A stretch of 60,342 nt of DNA, from NCBI GenBank assembly GCA_036505615.1, contig DASXTB010000111.1:1-60342 (forward strand), written 5' to 3'. Below the pieces are notes generated by a model. The model was not told the origin of the DNA. It searched no databases and worked only from the letters and a program-made list of their open reading frames with translations. The stretch is from Acidobacteriota bacterium (lineage in GTDB: Bacteria; Acidobacteriota; UBA6911; JACQSX01). This document shows positions 37,036-45,206 of this stretch, in pieces. The translations under genes were made by a program, and so were the position numbers. How positions within the stretch are numbered: the stretch's first letter is position 1; each line of letters begins with the position of its first letter.

Positions 37036-37824
37036 ATGAGACTAGTTATTAAATTAGGCGGTAGCCTCCTGACAGAGATTTCCCGGCGCAGACCTCTTCT
37101 AGAACAGTTAATGCGCGTTCATAACCAGGGACATCGATGCCTCCTGGTTCATGGAGGTGGCAAGCTACTCACCTCTTACCTTGAAAAGGCCGGGATATCC
37201 TCGCAGTTTATTCACGGGCTGCGCGTCACGGATGCGCCGACGCGCGACGCCGCACTGATGGTAATGGGCGGCCTGCTCAACAAACAACTGGTGGTGGAAA
37301 TCCAGAACCTGGGCGGGCGGGCACTGGGAGTTTGCGGCGATGCAGGTCTGATCACCGCGCGCAAGGCAGAGTCCGAGGCGTACGGCGGAGCAGATCTCGG
37401 GTACGTGGGCGAAGTGGAACACGTCGATGGCCGGCTGCTGGCGCAGCTGCACGCGCTCGGTCTTATTGTGGTAATGGCCAGCTTGGCGCCGGATGCGCGG
37501 GGCGAGTTTTACAACATCAACGCCGATCTGCTGGCCGCTTCCTGCGCCGCGGCCCTGCAGGCGGACCGGTTGATTTTCCTGACCGACGTCGATGGAGTAC
37601 TCGATGCCGGCGGCAATCGCCTCAACAATCTCTCCAGAGATCAAGTCGACAGCCTGGTCGCGCAGGGAGCTGTCGGCGGTGGTATGCTTCCGAAGCTGAA
37701 GTCTTGTTTGATGGCCCTGGAAAAAGGGGTACAGTGCGTACGCATCGTGCCGGGTTATGGCGAGGGTAGTCTGTTGAGGGCGCTGGAGCCCAAGTTAGAT
37801 TCGCGAGGAACCGAAATTCGATGA
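37036..37824 (+). CDS. argB: acetylglutamate kinase
   Basis: Amino-acid-kinase fold blocks VIKLGGS, VHGGG, NINAD, GGGMLPKL. Confidence 0.9.
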   Translation: MRLVIKLGGSLLTEISRRRPLLEQLMRVHNQGHRCLLVHGGGKLLTSYLEKAGISSQFIHGLRVTDAPTRDAALMVMGGLLNKQLVVEIQNLGGRALGVCGDAGLITARKAESEAYGGADLGYVGEVEHVDGRLLAQLHALGLIVVMASLAPDARGEFYNINADLLAASCAAALQADRLIFLTDVDGVLDAGGNRLNNLSRDQVDSLVAQGAVGGGMLPKLKSCLMALEKGVQCVRIVPGYGEGSLLRALEPKLDSRGTEIR

Positions 37825-39536
37825 CCAGTAATTTTTCTTCCCAGCAGCTCGAGGATAAGTTCTATCTGCCGGTCTTCAAAAAAGCACCCTTTGAACCGGT
37901 GCGCGGTGAAGGCGTATATCTGTACGAAGAGAGCGGCAAACAATACCTCGATTTTCTGGCGGGCATCGCAGTCAACGCTCTCGGATATAACCATCCTGAG
38001 CTGACCCGCGCCATCCAGGACCAGTCAACCCGCGTACTGCATGTAAGTAATTTGTTCTATCACCCTTATGCCGGTCCGCTGGCGCGCAAACTGGCGAGAA
38101 TGTCCGGATTGCGGCGTGCCTTCTTTACCAACAGCGGGACGGAAGCGGTGGAAGGCGCCATCAAGATAGCCCGCGCGCACTCAAGAGGTGACAAGGACAA
38201 AATCAAGTTTGTGGCGCTGGAAAACTCCTTTCATGGCAGAACTGCGGGTGCTCTTTCGTTGACTCATGGGGAGAAGTATCGGAAACCTTTCGAGCCTCTA
38301 TTGCCGGGTATTCAGTTCGTTCCCCCAAATGACGTCGATGCGCTGAATAAGGCCATCGATGAAGACACAGCGGCCTTTATCGCCGAACCGATTTTGGGGG
38401 AAGGCGGAATCATTTCGCTGACTCCCGATTATTTGAAAGAGGCCAGTGAACTGTGCCATCGCCACAACGCGCTGATGATCCTGGACGAAATCCAATGCGG
38501 GTTAGGGAGGACCGGATATCCCTTTTACTTTCAGAAATCCGGAATTCTGCCCGATGTCGTTCTGCTGGCCAAGTCCCTCGGGGTAGGACTTCCACTGGGC
38601 GCGATTCTGGTGGGCGAGAAGGCCGAGCGGGCGCTGCAGCCGGGGGATCACGGCACCACGTTTGGCGGAGGCCCGCTGGCTTGCCGGGCGGCGTTGACCT
38701 TTTTAGAAATACTGGAGCGTGACAACCTGATGCTTCATGCCGCGCAGATGGGTGACTACCTGCGGTCCCGTCTTGCCGAGCTTCAACAGGAGTTCCCCAT
38801 CCTGGAGATCCGCGGCGAGGGACTGATGGTGGGTGTGGTCTTGGACTTGGATGTTCCGGCGCTGGTAAGGCAGTTGTTGCAGGACGGGATCGTCACCAAC
38901 TGCACGGCGGGGAACGTGCTTCGATTGCTTCCACCTCTGGTAATTCGCACTGAGCACGTGGATGAGTTTATCTCTGGCCTGCGCAACGCGCTGGAGGCGG
39001 CGCGCAAGAAAACGCCGGCGAACATCGTCTCTGTCGGCGGGCAGGGCGACGTGGTTGTTCGCAAGGCGCGCATGTCCGACGTTCCGGCAATGGAGCATTT
39101 GATCAACGGCTACGCACGGGAGAACGTGATGCTGCCTCGAACACGGACTCAGTTATGCGAAACGCTGCGCGAGTTCGTGGTAGCGGAAGTAGACGGCGAA
39201 TTTGCCGCCTGTGGCGCCTTGCATCTGTATAGCATGAATACGGCGGAACTGCGGTCGCTCGCTGTGTCTGAGAAATTCCTGAAACGGAAACTGGGTGCCA
39301 GGATTGTACACGCGTTGCTGGAAGACGCGGCGGAATACGACTTGGAGCGCGTTTATACCTTCACCCTGGTGCCGGATTTCTTTCGTAAGCTGAATTTCCG
39401 GATGGTACCGCACAGCGCCCTGCCGGAGAAAGTGCTCAGTGAATGCGCCGGCTGCCCCAAGAGAGACCAGTGCAACGAAGTTGCCTTGGTCTACGAGGTA
39501 GGCGTCGAGGCGCGCCGCCGGCATACTGGCATCTAG
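37821..39536 (+). CDS. argD: acetylornithine aminotransferase fused to a C-terminal single-domain N-acetylglutamate-synthase-like GNAT
   Basis: Class-III aminotransferase blocks (SGTEAVEGAIK, DEIQCGLGRTG, LAKSLG) up to about aa 400. They are followed by a ~165-aa GNAT (VVVRKARMSDVPAMEHL...EFVVAE...CGALH...ELRSLAV) resembling short NAGS enzymes. The ATG overlaps the argB stop (ATGA). Confidence 0.85.
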   Translation: MTSNFSSQQLEDKFYLPVFKKAPFEPVRGEGVYLYEESGKQYLDFLAGIAVNALGYNHPELTRAIQDQSTRVLHVSNLFYHPYAGPLARKLARMSGLRRAFFTNSGTEAVEGAIKIARAHSRGDKDKIKFVALENSFHGRTAGALSLTHGEKYRKPFEPLLPGIQFVPPNDVDALNKAIDEDTAAFIAEPILGEGGIISLTPDYLKEASELCHRHNALMILDEIQCGLGRTGYPFYFQKSGILPDVVLLAKSLGVGLPLGAILVGEKAERALQPGDHGTTFGGGPLACRAALTFLEILERDNLMLHAAQMGDYLRSRLAELQQEFPILEIRGEGLMVGVVLDLDVPALVRQLLQDGIVTNCTAGNVLRLLPPLVIRTEHVDEFISGLRNALEAARKKTPANIVSVGGQGDVVVRKARMSDVPAMEHLINGYARENVMLPRTRTQLCETLREFVVAEVDGEFAACGALHLYSMNTAELRSLAVSEKFLKRKLGARIVHALLEDAAEYDLERVYTFTLVPDFFRKLNFRMVPHSALPEKVLSECAGCPKRDQCNEVALVYEVGVEARRRHTGI

Positions 39537-39597
39537 CGCCAGACCGATTGCATTTGCGCGGCTCGTTCAAGACCAATTTGCTATCCTCCTAGTCCCC

Positions 39598-39626
39598 TGG
39601 ACATTTCGTTTGCATTCATTTATATT
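39598..39626 (+). promoter_or_regulatory. sigma70-like promoter in front of the toxin-antitoxin pair
   Basis: TGGACA (39598-39603), a 17-nt spacer, then TATATT (39621-39626), about 25 nt upstream of the antitoxin start. Confidence 0.4.
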
Positions 39627-39649
39627 CACTTTGATGCGAGGTGCAGGTG

Positions 39650-39898
39650 ATGACTAGAACCATAACGATGAGGCTGGATGAGGAAACTTATAAGAAGTTG
39701 AAGGCTGCTGCGGCTGCCGAGCGGCGGTCTCTAGCAAATCTCATCGAGACTGCAGCTCTTCGCCATCTGGAAGATAGTGAGTTCGTCGATGATATTGAAA
39801 CGCGTGACATTCTTTCCGATCCTGATCTATTGAAGCGTCTCAGATCCGGACACCTCCAGGCAAGGAAGCGGAAGGGCGCCTTTGTCCGCGGCCTATAG
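39650..39898 (+). CDS. ribbon-helix-helix (CopG-type) antitoxin
   Basis: TITMRLDEETYKKLKAAAAAERRSLANLIETAAL is an RHH pattern. It overlaps the downstream RelE-like ORF by 17 nt. GAGGTG RBS before ATG 39650. Confidence 0.7.
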   Translation: MTRTITMRLDEETYKKLKAAAAAERRSLANLIETAALRHLEDSEFVDDIETRDILSDPDLLKRLRSGHLQARKRKGAFVRGL

Positions 39899-40166
39899 GA
39901 TTTTCGAGACTAAGCAGTTCCAGCGAGACCTGGAGAAATTGGGCCTTTCTGCCAGCCAGCGTATTCGCGAGAAGCTGCGCGGCCACGTTTATCCAGTTTT
40001 GGTCCAGAATCCATGGTTCGGCCCGAATATTAAGCGCCTTCGCCGTCTGGAGCCGTCGACATGGAGATACCGCGTCGGCCAGTGGCGCTTCTTTTACACA
40101 ATCGACGAAGAACAGAACACTGTATTCATGCTTGTTGCCGACAACAGAAGCAGCGCATACCGGTAG
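39882..40166 (+). CDS. RelE/ParE-family type II toxin
   Basis: 94 aa with the pattern ...NPWFGPNIKRL......WRYRVGQWRFFYTIDEE.NTVFMLVADNRSSAY, typical of the RelE/ParE fold. TTG start. Confidence 0.75.
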   Translation: MSAAYRIFETKQFQRDLEKLGLSASQRIREKLRGHVYPVLVQNPWFGPNIKRLRRLEPSTWRYRVGQWRFFYTIDEEQNTVFMLVADNRSSAYR

Positions 40167-40201
40167 ACGGTCATTAGTTGGCCCTGATTTGAGGCCTACA
40201 G

Positions 40202-41590
40202 GTGAACAGTTCTGTGTCTCTACCTCCTTGGAGAAATTGCCCCGGCGGCATCTGCGCGGCTCGAGGCTTCCTGGCCGCCGCTGAGCGCGCGGGTCTCAAG
40301 AAAGCCGGCCTCGATCTGACTATCATTGTCTCTGACCGGCCGGCCAGCGCCGCTGCCTGCTTTACGCGCAACCGCTGCGCGGCGGCGCCCGTCACGGTGA
40401 GCCGTGAACATTTGAAAAAAAACAAAGGCCGCGCTCGGGCGATTCTCGCCAATTCGGGCTGTGCCAATGCAGCCACGGGAGAACGGGGCCTGCAGGATAC
40501 CCGCTCCACCGTCGATGCGCTGGCAAGGAGCCTGGACCTGCCCCCATCCTCTATTTTGGTCTGCTCTACCGGGGTTATCGGTCTGCCGCTGCAGGCCGAC
40601 AGAATCATCGCAAAGCTTCCGGTCTGTGTCAGTCGCCTCAGCCGCAAACAGGCGAGGCGAGCGGCGCAGGCCATCGCGACAACAGATAGCGTCCTTAAGA
40701 TTGAATCTATCGCGTTTCAAGCCGCCAGCGGAGCGGTACGCGTTGGCGGCATTGCAAAGGGCGCCGGGATGATCCATCCGGACATGGCCACAATGTTGGC
40801 GTTCATCACAACCGACGCGGCGATATCACCGGCAATGCTGCAGCGGTGTCTGACCTGGTGCGTGGAGCGGTCGTTTAACTGCATCACCGTCGACGGCGAT
40901 ACTTCGACTAATGATACCGTCATCTTGCTTGCCAACGGCGCCTCTGGGGTTGAGGTTATGGAGGAACCAGCCAGCGGGCGGATAGACTCGCGGACACGGA
41001 GACACGGAGACACGGGGGCCATCGTCGCATCGCCGCGTCCCCGCGTCCCCGCGTCGCGACACTCCCTGTCGCCGCGTTCCCTTATCCCCGCGTCGAAGCC
41101 TGCCGTGTCGTCTCACCTCCAAGACCAGGTATGCGAGGACGACTTCCGCGCTGCTCTGCTGGAAGTCTGTCAGAGGCTGGCGCGAAAGATCGCGTGGGAC
41201 GGCGAAGGAGCGACCCATCAACTGGAAATCCGGGTTACCGGCGCTAGGTCTTTCGAGCAGGCAAGGAATGTCGGCCGTTCCATCGGCCGTTCGAATCTGG
41301 TCAAGACAGCCATTTACGGGCATGATCCCAATTGGGGACGGGTATTGAGCGCCGCGGGCGCGTCCGGTGAGCGCATTGACAGTTCGCGTGTCCAACTGGC
41401 GATCGATGGCCAAGTCGTAGCCGAAGGAGGAGTCTTAAAATACCTGCCTGATTCGGTTTTCACTTCGGTGTGGAAGAAGAAAAAAATTGAAATTGCGATC
41501 GATCTTGGCCTGCGTGACGCCAACGCCACCTGTTGGAGCTGCGACCTGTCGCACCAGTACGTCGATATCAACGCGAGCTACCGAACATGA
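40202..41590 (+). CDS. argJ: bifunctional glutamate N-acetyltransferase / ornithine acetyltransferase
   Basis: GMIHPDMATMLAFITTDA (self-cleavage site), DGDTSTND, DGEGATH, CDLSHQYVDINASYRT. Contains a repeat-derived in-frame insertion (see findings). Confidence 0.9.
   Translation: MNSSVSLPPWRNCPGGICAARGFLAAAERAGLKKAGLDLTIIVSDRPASAAACFTRNRCAAAPVTVSREHLKKNKGRARAILANSGCANAATGERGLQDTRSTVDALARSLDLPPSSILVCSTGVIGLPLQADRIIAKLPVCVSRLSRKQARRAAQAIATTDSVLKIESIAFQAASGAVRVGGIAKGAGMIHPDMATMLAFITTDAAISPAMLQRCLTWCVERSFNCITVDGDTSTNDTVILLANGASGVEVMEEPASGRIDSRTRRHGDTGAIVASPRPRVPASRHSLSPRSLIPASKPAVSSHLQDQVCEDDFRAALLEVCQRLARKIAWDGEGATHQLEIRVTGARSFEQARNVGRSIGRSNLVKTAIYGHDPNWGRVLSAAGASGERIDSSRVQLAIDGQVVAEGGVLKYLPDSVFTSVWKKKKIEIAIDLGLRDANATCWSCDLSHQYVDINASYRT
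40985..41116. repeat. 8-nt repeat arrays (GACACGGA)3 ... (CCCGCGTC)3 inside the argJ ORF
   Basis: CGGACACGGAGACACGGAGACACGGGGG at 40990-41018 and CGCGTCCCCGCGTCCCCGCGTCGCGAC at 41034-41060, plus CCCCGCGTC and CCGTGTCGTCTC further on. Partially complementary arms. Confidence 0.8.
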
Positions 41591-41635
41591 ATGGCGGCCA
41601 GTTGTGAAGTCGGACACTCCCGCCAGCCCGCTTTG

Positions 41636-41760
41636 GAGTTTCTACATGTTGGGAGCGGAGAGACGGGCTGAGGGCCGTCTCTGCTCCGCCTTCGGCGGGC
41701 TTTAACTCGACCTCTCGTTTCAAAAAATGTCCAAACTACAGGGCCCGCCTTCGATGGGCT
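41636..41760 (+). repeat. family A-like degenerate copy
   Basis: GTTTCTACATGTTGGGAGCGGAGAGACGGGCTGAGGGCCGTCTCTGC ... AAAAAATGTCCAAACTACAGGGCCCGCC. Confidence 0.75.
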
Positions 41761-41883
41761 TGAGCCGGTTTTCCGGCCGGCTCTCAAGTGACTGCCCCAG
41801 TGCATGCGGTTCGGGTTCAAAGGACTTGTTGTAAAATATCTAGGGATGAAGAATGATCTACTGATTCTTACATTTTGGAACTT

Positions 41884-42831
41884 ATGAAGCTCAAATTAAT
41901 CATTGTTTTATTCTTTCTCTGCTCGAACGCACTTTTAGGCGCCGCTCCGGCCGGTTTACCCGAAAACGGTGTTCTAATTCTGGCGCATGGTCACAAGGAA
42001 GACTGGAATCGCCGGATTGAGGAACTGACCGCCCGGCTCCCTTTTCCCACCGTGGTAGCATTTGGAATGGCGCACAAAAACGCCATTGCCGAGGGCGTAT
42101 CTTCCTTGGAGGACAGGGGCGTACGCAGCATCGTGGTGATCCCTCTCTATGTTTCCTCCTACAGCCCGATTATTCGGGCCAGCGCTTATCTTCTTGGCTT
42201 GCGCCAGCAGGCGCCCCCCGAGCTGGAAATGTTTAACACCATGTCGCATGGCTTGCAGGATCCCAATGCCGGCCACGCGGCGGATCAACCTGCGGATCTT
42301 TCGCCGATTCGGAGCCATGTTCCCATTTACATGACTTCGGCGCTGGACGATCATCCTCTTGTGGCCGAGATACTTCTGGATCGGGCCCGAAGCATCAGCG
42401 AGCGCGCGGGCGGCGAAACGGTCATATTAGTTGCTCACGGCCCAAACGGCGACGCAGACAACCGGCTCTGCCTTGAGAAAATGGATCGCCTGGCAGACTT
42501 CATTCGAAATCACGGGGGATTTCATCGCGTCGAGGCGGTGACTATGAGGGATGATGCGCCCCCCGCGGTTCGCAATCAAGCCACGGCTCAACTGCGCTCT
42601 CGGGTGGCGGCGGCGGCCCGAACAGGAACTGCGCTGGTCGTACCAGTATTGCTCGCCCGGGGCGGGGTAGAGGATCGACTGGAGGAATCGCTTCAGGGAT
42701 TGAGATACAGGATTCCTGATCAGTTTCTGCTCCCCGATCCTCGCATTGCCCAATGGATCAGGGAACAGGTCGATGCCTCAGCTCGTGGTCAAGCAACCTA
42801 TCAATCATCGCGTGTCAGAGATCCCTATTGA
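41884..42831 (+). CDS. CbiX/SirB-like chelatase-domain protein with signal-like N-terminus
   Basis: Two CbiX-like halves (GVLILAHG..., TVILVAHGPNGD). N-terminus MKLKLIIVLFFLCSNALLGAAPA. ATG 41884 preferred to TTG 41875. Confidence 0.65.
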   Translation: MKLKLIIVLFFLCSNALLGAAPAGLPENGVLILAHGHKEDWNRRIEELTARLPFPTVVAFGMAHKNAIAEGVSSLEDRGVRSIVVIPLYVSSYSPIIRASAYLLGLRQQAPPELEMFNTMSHGLQDPNAGHAADQPADLSPIRSHVPIYMTSALDDHPLVAEILLDRARSISERAGGETVILVAHGPNGDADNRLCLEKMDRLADFIRNHGGFHRVEAVTMRDDAPPAVRNQATAQLRSRVAAAARTGTALVVPVLLARGGVEDRLEESLQGLRYRIPDQFLLPDPRIAQWIREQVDASARGQATYQSSRVRDPY

Positions 42832-42875
42832 TGAAAACATGTGAAGGAATTTTAGCGCCGGCCTGTGGCCGGCAA

Positions 42876-43030
42876 GGCCGGCTCTCGGGTTTGGACGTTT
42901 TGTTAGAGACGGCCTGGAAGGCCCTCTCCTTGTCCGCGAAGCGGACCAACAACAGTAGCCGGGGGAGCCCAGGCGCGGAGCGCAAGGCTACCCCCGGTCA
43001 GCGATTCCCCACACGGAATCGGACCGCGCA
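42876..43030 (-). repeat. family A half element plus family B copy 2 (inverted)
   Basis: GGCCGGCTCTCGGGTTTGGACGTTTTGTTAGAGACGGCC..., then the reverse complement of window positions 1-98. Confidence 0.85.
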
Positions 43031-43162
43031 AGCGGTCCTATTTTTTCCTTCATTTTTCCTTCATTTTTTCTTCGTAAATTCCCTATGACGAGCGTTATCT
43101 TTGGGACGGAGGCATCCATGACTGCCGAACCTGATGGGACCACTTGCGCGGTTCGGGCGATA

Positions 43163-43237
43163 TGGGGGATGGTTGACCGGGGGTGCCTGGCGCTTCGCGC
43201 TTCGGCACCGGCTACTGCTATTGGTCCGCTTCGCGGA
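43163..43237 (+). repeat. family B copy 3
   Basis: GGTTGACCGGGGGTGCCTGGCGCTTCGCGCTTCGGCACCGGCTACTGCTATTGGTCCGCTTCGCGGAC. Confidence 0.8.
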
Positions 43238-43278
43238 CGTCCTGGGTTGCAGCGCACTCCGAATCGAGGTCGGCGCAC

Positions 43279-43461
43279 ATGAAGCCTGTGGATATTCTAT
43301 GGTGGGTTGGCTTCTTATTCTCCGGACTGGGCCTGTTATTGTTGGCCTGCACCACAGTCTTTAACTTAAGAATTGTGCCGAACCGTTTCCGGCCCCATGT
43401 CTTCTGGCTGGCAGTGGCAGCTCTGATATTGGGACTTTCTCTTTCGGTGGTTGGTACGTAG
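43279..43461 (+). CDS. small two-helix membrane protein (hypothetical)
   Basis: 60 aa from ATG 43279, with two hydrophobic stretches. The N-terminal part of ORF 43183.. is REP-derived. Weak call. Confidence 0.3.
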   Translation: MKPVDILWWVGFLFSGLGLLLLACTTVFNLRIVPNRFRPHVFWLAVAALILGLSLSVVGT

Positions 43462-43464
43462 GAA

Positions 43465-43599
43465 GCTGCCAGTTCTCAGCTTTCAGCCAAGAAGCCCAGA
43501 ATCAAGCCCCTGGAGACGAATCTCATTGATAGGGCTGATGGTTGATGGCTGACATCTGATGGCCGAGAGCTGATGGCTGACAGCTGAGAGCTGAGAGCT
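43465..43599. repeat. heptamer hairpin with unequal arms (GCTGAGA/GCTGATG units)
   Basis: Short arm GCTGCCAGTTCTCAGCTTTCAGCC (43465-43488) is complementary to the long array at 43532-43599. That array abuts the ferredoxin stop. Confidence 0.75.
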
Positions 43600-43913
43600 C
43601 AATAGGGCAATTCGCCGTATTTTGCTTCGTAATCCTCGAGCGGAACCATGTCGATAGCATCCCACGGACAGCCGTCCAAAAAGGTTCCGTTCGGCCCCTT
43701 GCTGGTGCATTTCTTGCATCCGATGCACTGGATCGGATCGACCCAGATGCGGCCAGCGGCCATCTGATCGTCCTCGATCCATATCATGCAGTTTTCGACG
43801 GGGCAGTAGGGCTGGCAGGCTGGAGAGCCGGCACAGCCGGTGCAGCATTCGTTGATCACCGCGATTTCCCGCGGTTTCCTCTTTCTCCGGGTAGTTAATT
43901 TCTTCTCTGCCAT
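43599..43913 (-). CDS. dicluster 4Fe-4S ferredoxin-domain protein
   Basis: Two Cys clusters: CTGCAGSPACQPYCP and CIGCKKC...GCP. Confidence 0.75.
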   Translation of the reverse strand: MAEKKLTTRRKRKPREIAVINECCTGCAGSPACQPYCPVENCMIWIEDDQMAAGRIWVDPIQCIGCKKCTSKGPNGTFLDGCPWDAIDMVPLEDYEAKYGELPY

Positions 43914-44028
43914 GTTGACTTTACATTATCACAAGAATGCCCCATTTTGTCGTAAGGTGTCCTGGACTTTGTCGCGATGGTAAGGCGCAGACAGAAACCG
44001 TGGCGCGATTGAATTTGAGGTGACCAAC

Positions 44029-44199
44029 ATGGACTCAGAGCAAGTCATCCGCATGAAAGCACAGGCGTTCGATCATATTGTCCAGGCGTACCGCCAACTG
44101 GAGCAAGGCGCCGGTTTTGCCATGAGCAACTGGGTGATCTTTGGAGAGACGCTGGAGAAGGAAGTTAAGAAGATTAGAGAGGCCGAATCTGCGGATTAG
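44029..44199 (+). CDS. small hypothetical protein (56 aa)
   Basis: ATG 44029 preceded by GAGGTG. Helical, charged product MDSEQVIRMKAQAFDHIVQAYRQLEQGAGFAMSNWVIFGETLEKEVKKIREAESAD. Below the ORF-track length cut-off; it competes with antisense ORF 44035..44226. Confidence 0.3.
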   Translation: MDSEQVIRMKAQAFDHIVQAYRQLEQGAGFAMSNWVIFGETLEKEVKKIREAESAD

Positions 44200-44238
44200 C
44201 CGCCGTGAAATATTGAAGGGGGTCAATAATCAGTCGTG

Positions 44239-45054
44239 TCAGCGCGCGCGGCTTTGTATCGCTCGTGCCGTTTCCTTTGCCTGCCGTTGGATTCGTTCCG
44301 GATAGTTCGTTGATGTGCATTTCGATACATAGGGCAAATCTTCGGGGCTTCCGATCAAGTAGAGAGCTCTCAGCGCTTCCCAGATTTGATTCTCATCGGA
44401 GAGAATGGTAAGCAACGTCTGTCCGGCGCCGACAGAATCACCGTTATGTGTGAGTAATTCGCCCACCGATCCGGGAATCGGCGCCTGCACGTCGTCTGTC
44501 CCTTGAGCATTTTGAATCCTGGCCAACAGCTTTCCAGGTGCGCAGGGATCACCCACTGACACCAGTATGGTTGCTGTTCCGCCGGAGCGGGCGGCTACCA
44601 AATAAGGACGAAGCATGGAGAGAATCTCCTGCTTTCCCGAAAGGTCGTGAAAACGCACCAAGGACAAAGCCGCGTTCCGGCGAACCATCGGTTGCTCATC
44701 ACGCAGCAATTTCAGAAGCGCCTGATGGAACGGAGCGTAAGCTGCATCCTGCCCCATTACCCAGGCGACGGTGATTCGAATTTCCTTTGAAGCGTGGTCA
44801 CTCAACTTTAAAAGTTCCGGATACCAGCGCCGCACGTCAGAGTTTCCATCTACCATTTGCCTTTCTATTTGCACCAGTGCGTGCTGTACTTTTCGGGGCT
44901 TGTCTTTGTCGGCCAAATACTGGCGCATTTGGGACTGAGTCAGTTTGGTTCCGAACCATGTCCCACGCCAAAAAAGATAGGGGATCAACACGAAGACGAA
45001 CAGAAGAGCCGCGAAAGCTAGGGGAAAACGCCTTCTTCTGGGATTGGCTTGCAT
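44239..45054 (-). CDS. membrane-anchored HEAT-repeat protein
   Basis: N-terminal TM helix (LAFAALLFVFVLIPYLF) and HEAT/PBS-lyase-like repeats (EIRITVAWVMG, PMVRRNAALSLVRF). Confidence 0.6.
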   Translation of the reverse strand: MQANPRRRRFPLAFAALLFVFVLIPYLFWRGTWFGTKLTQSQMRQYLADKDKPRKVQHALVQIERQMVDGNSDVRRWYPELLKLSDHASKEIRITVAWVMGQDAAYAPFHQALLKLLRDEQPMVRRNAALSLVRFHDLSGKQEILSMLRPYLVAARSGGTATILVSVGDPCAPGKLLARIQNAQGTDDVQAPIPGSVGELLTHNGDSVGAGQTLLTILSDENQIWEALRALYLIGSPEDLPYVSKCTSTNYPERIQRQAKETARAIQSRAR

Positions 45055-45206
45055 TTCTCTAGTTTCAAGTTTGTATTTTGTCCCTTGTCACTGGACCGTC
45101 GCCATAAAGTGGTTTGCCTAGAGAGTCAGCTTTGCGCACAACGGGCTTCGTCCAGAGGTACAACGGACGACTGACCACTGACAACGGACAAAGTAAAACT
45201 CGGAAC

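Noticed and set aside
35615-37052. 425-aa ORF 35615..36892(-) and ORFs 36541..36894(-), 36570..37052, 36824..37039
   Set aside because: The long ORF is antisense to the well-supported argC and then runs through the GGCAGGA array. The others are purely repeat-encoded (low-complexity A/S/C/L/P or E/G/R/K).
39611-39628. TGCATTCATTTATATTCA upstream of the antitoxin as a third ARG box
   Set aside because: Only one half-site resembles the argC boxes, and it lacks dyad symmetry. It coincides with the spacer and -10 of the putative TA promoter, which explains the AT-rich sequence.
44035-44226. 63-aa ORF on the minus strand
   Set aside because: Its Leu/Arg-rich composition is typical of an antisense shadow frame. 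The overlapping plus-strand 56-aa ORF has an RBS and a more protein-like sequence, but both calls are weak.
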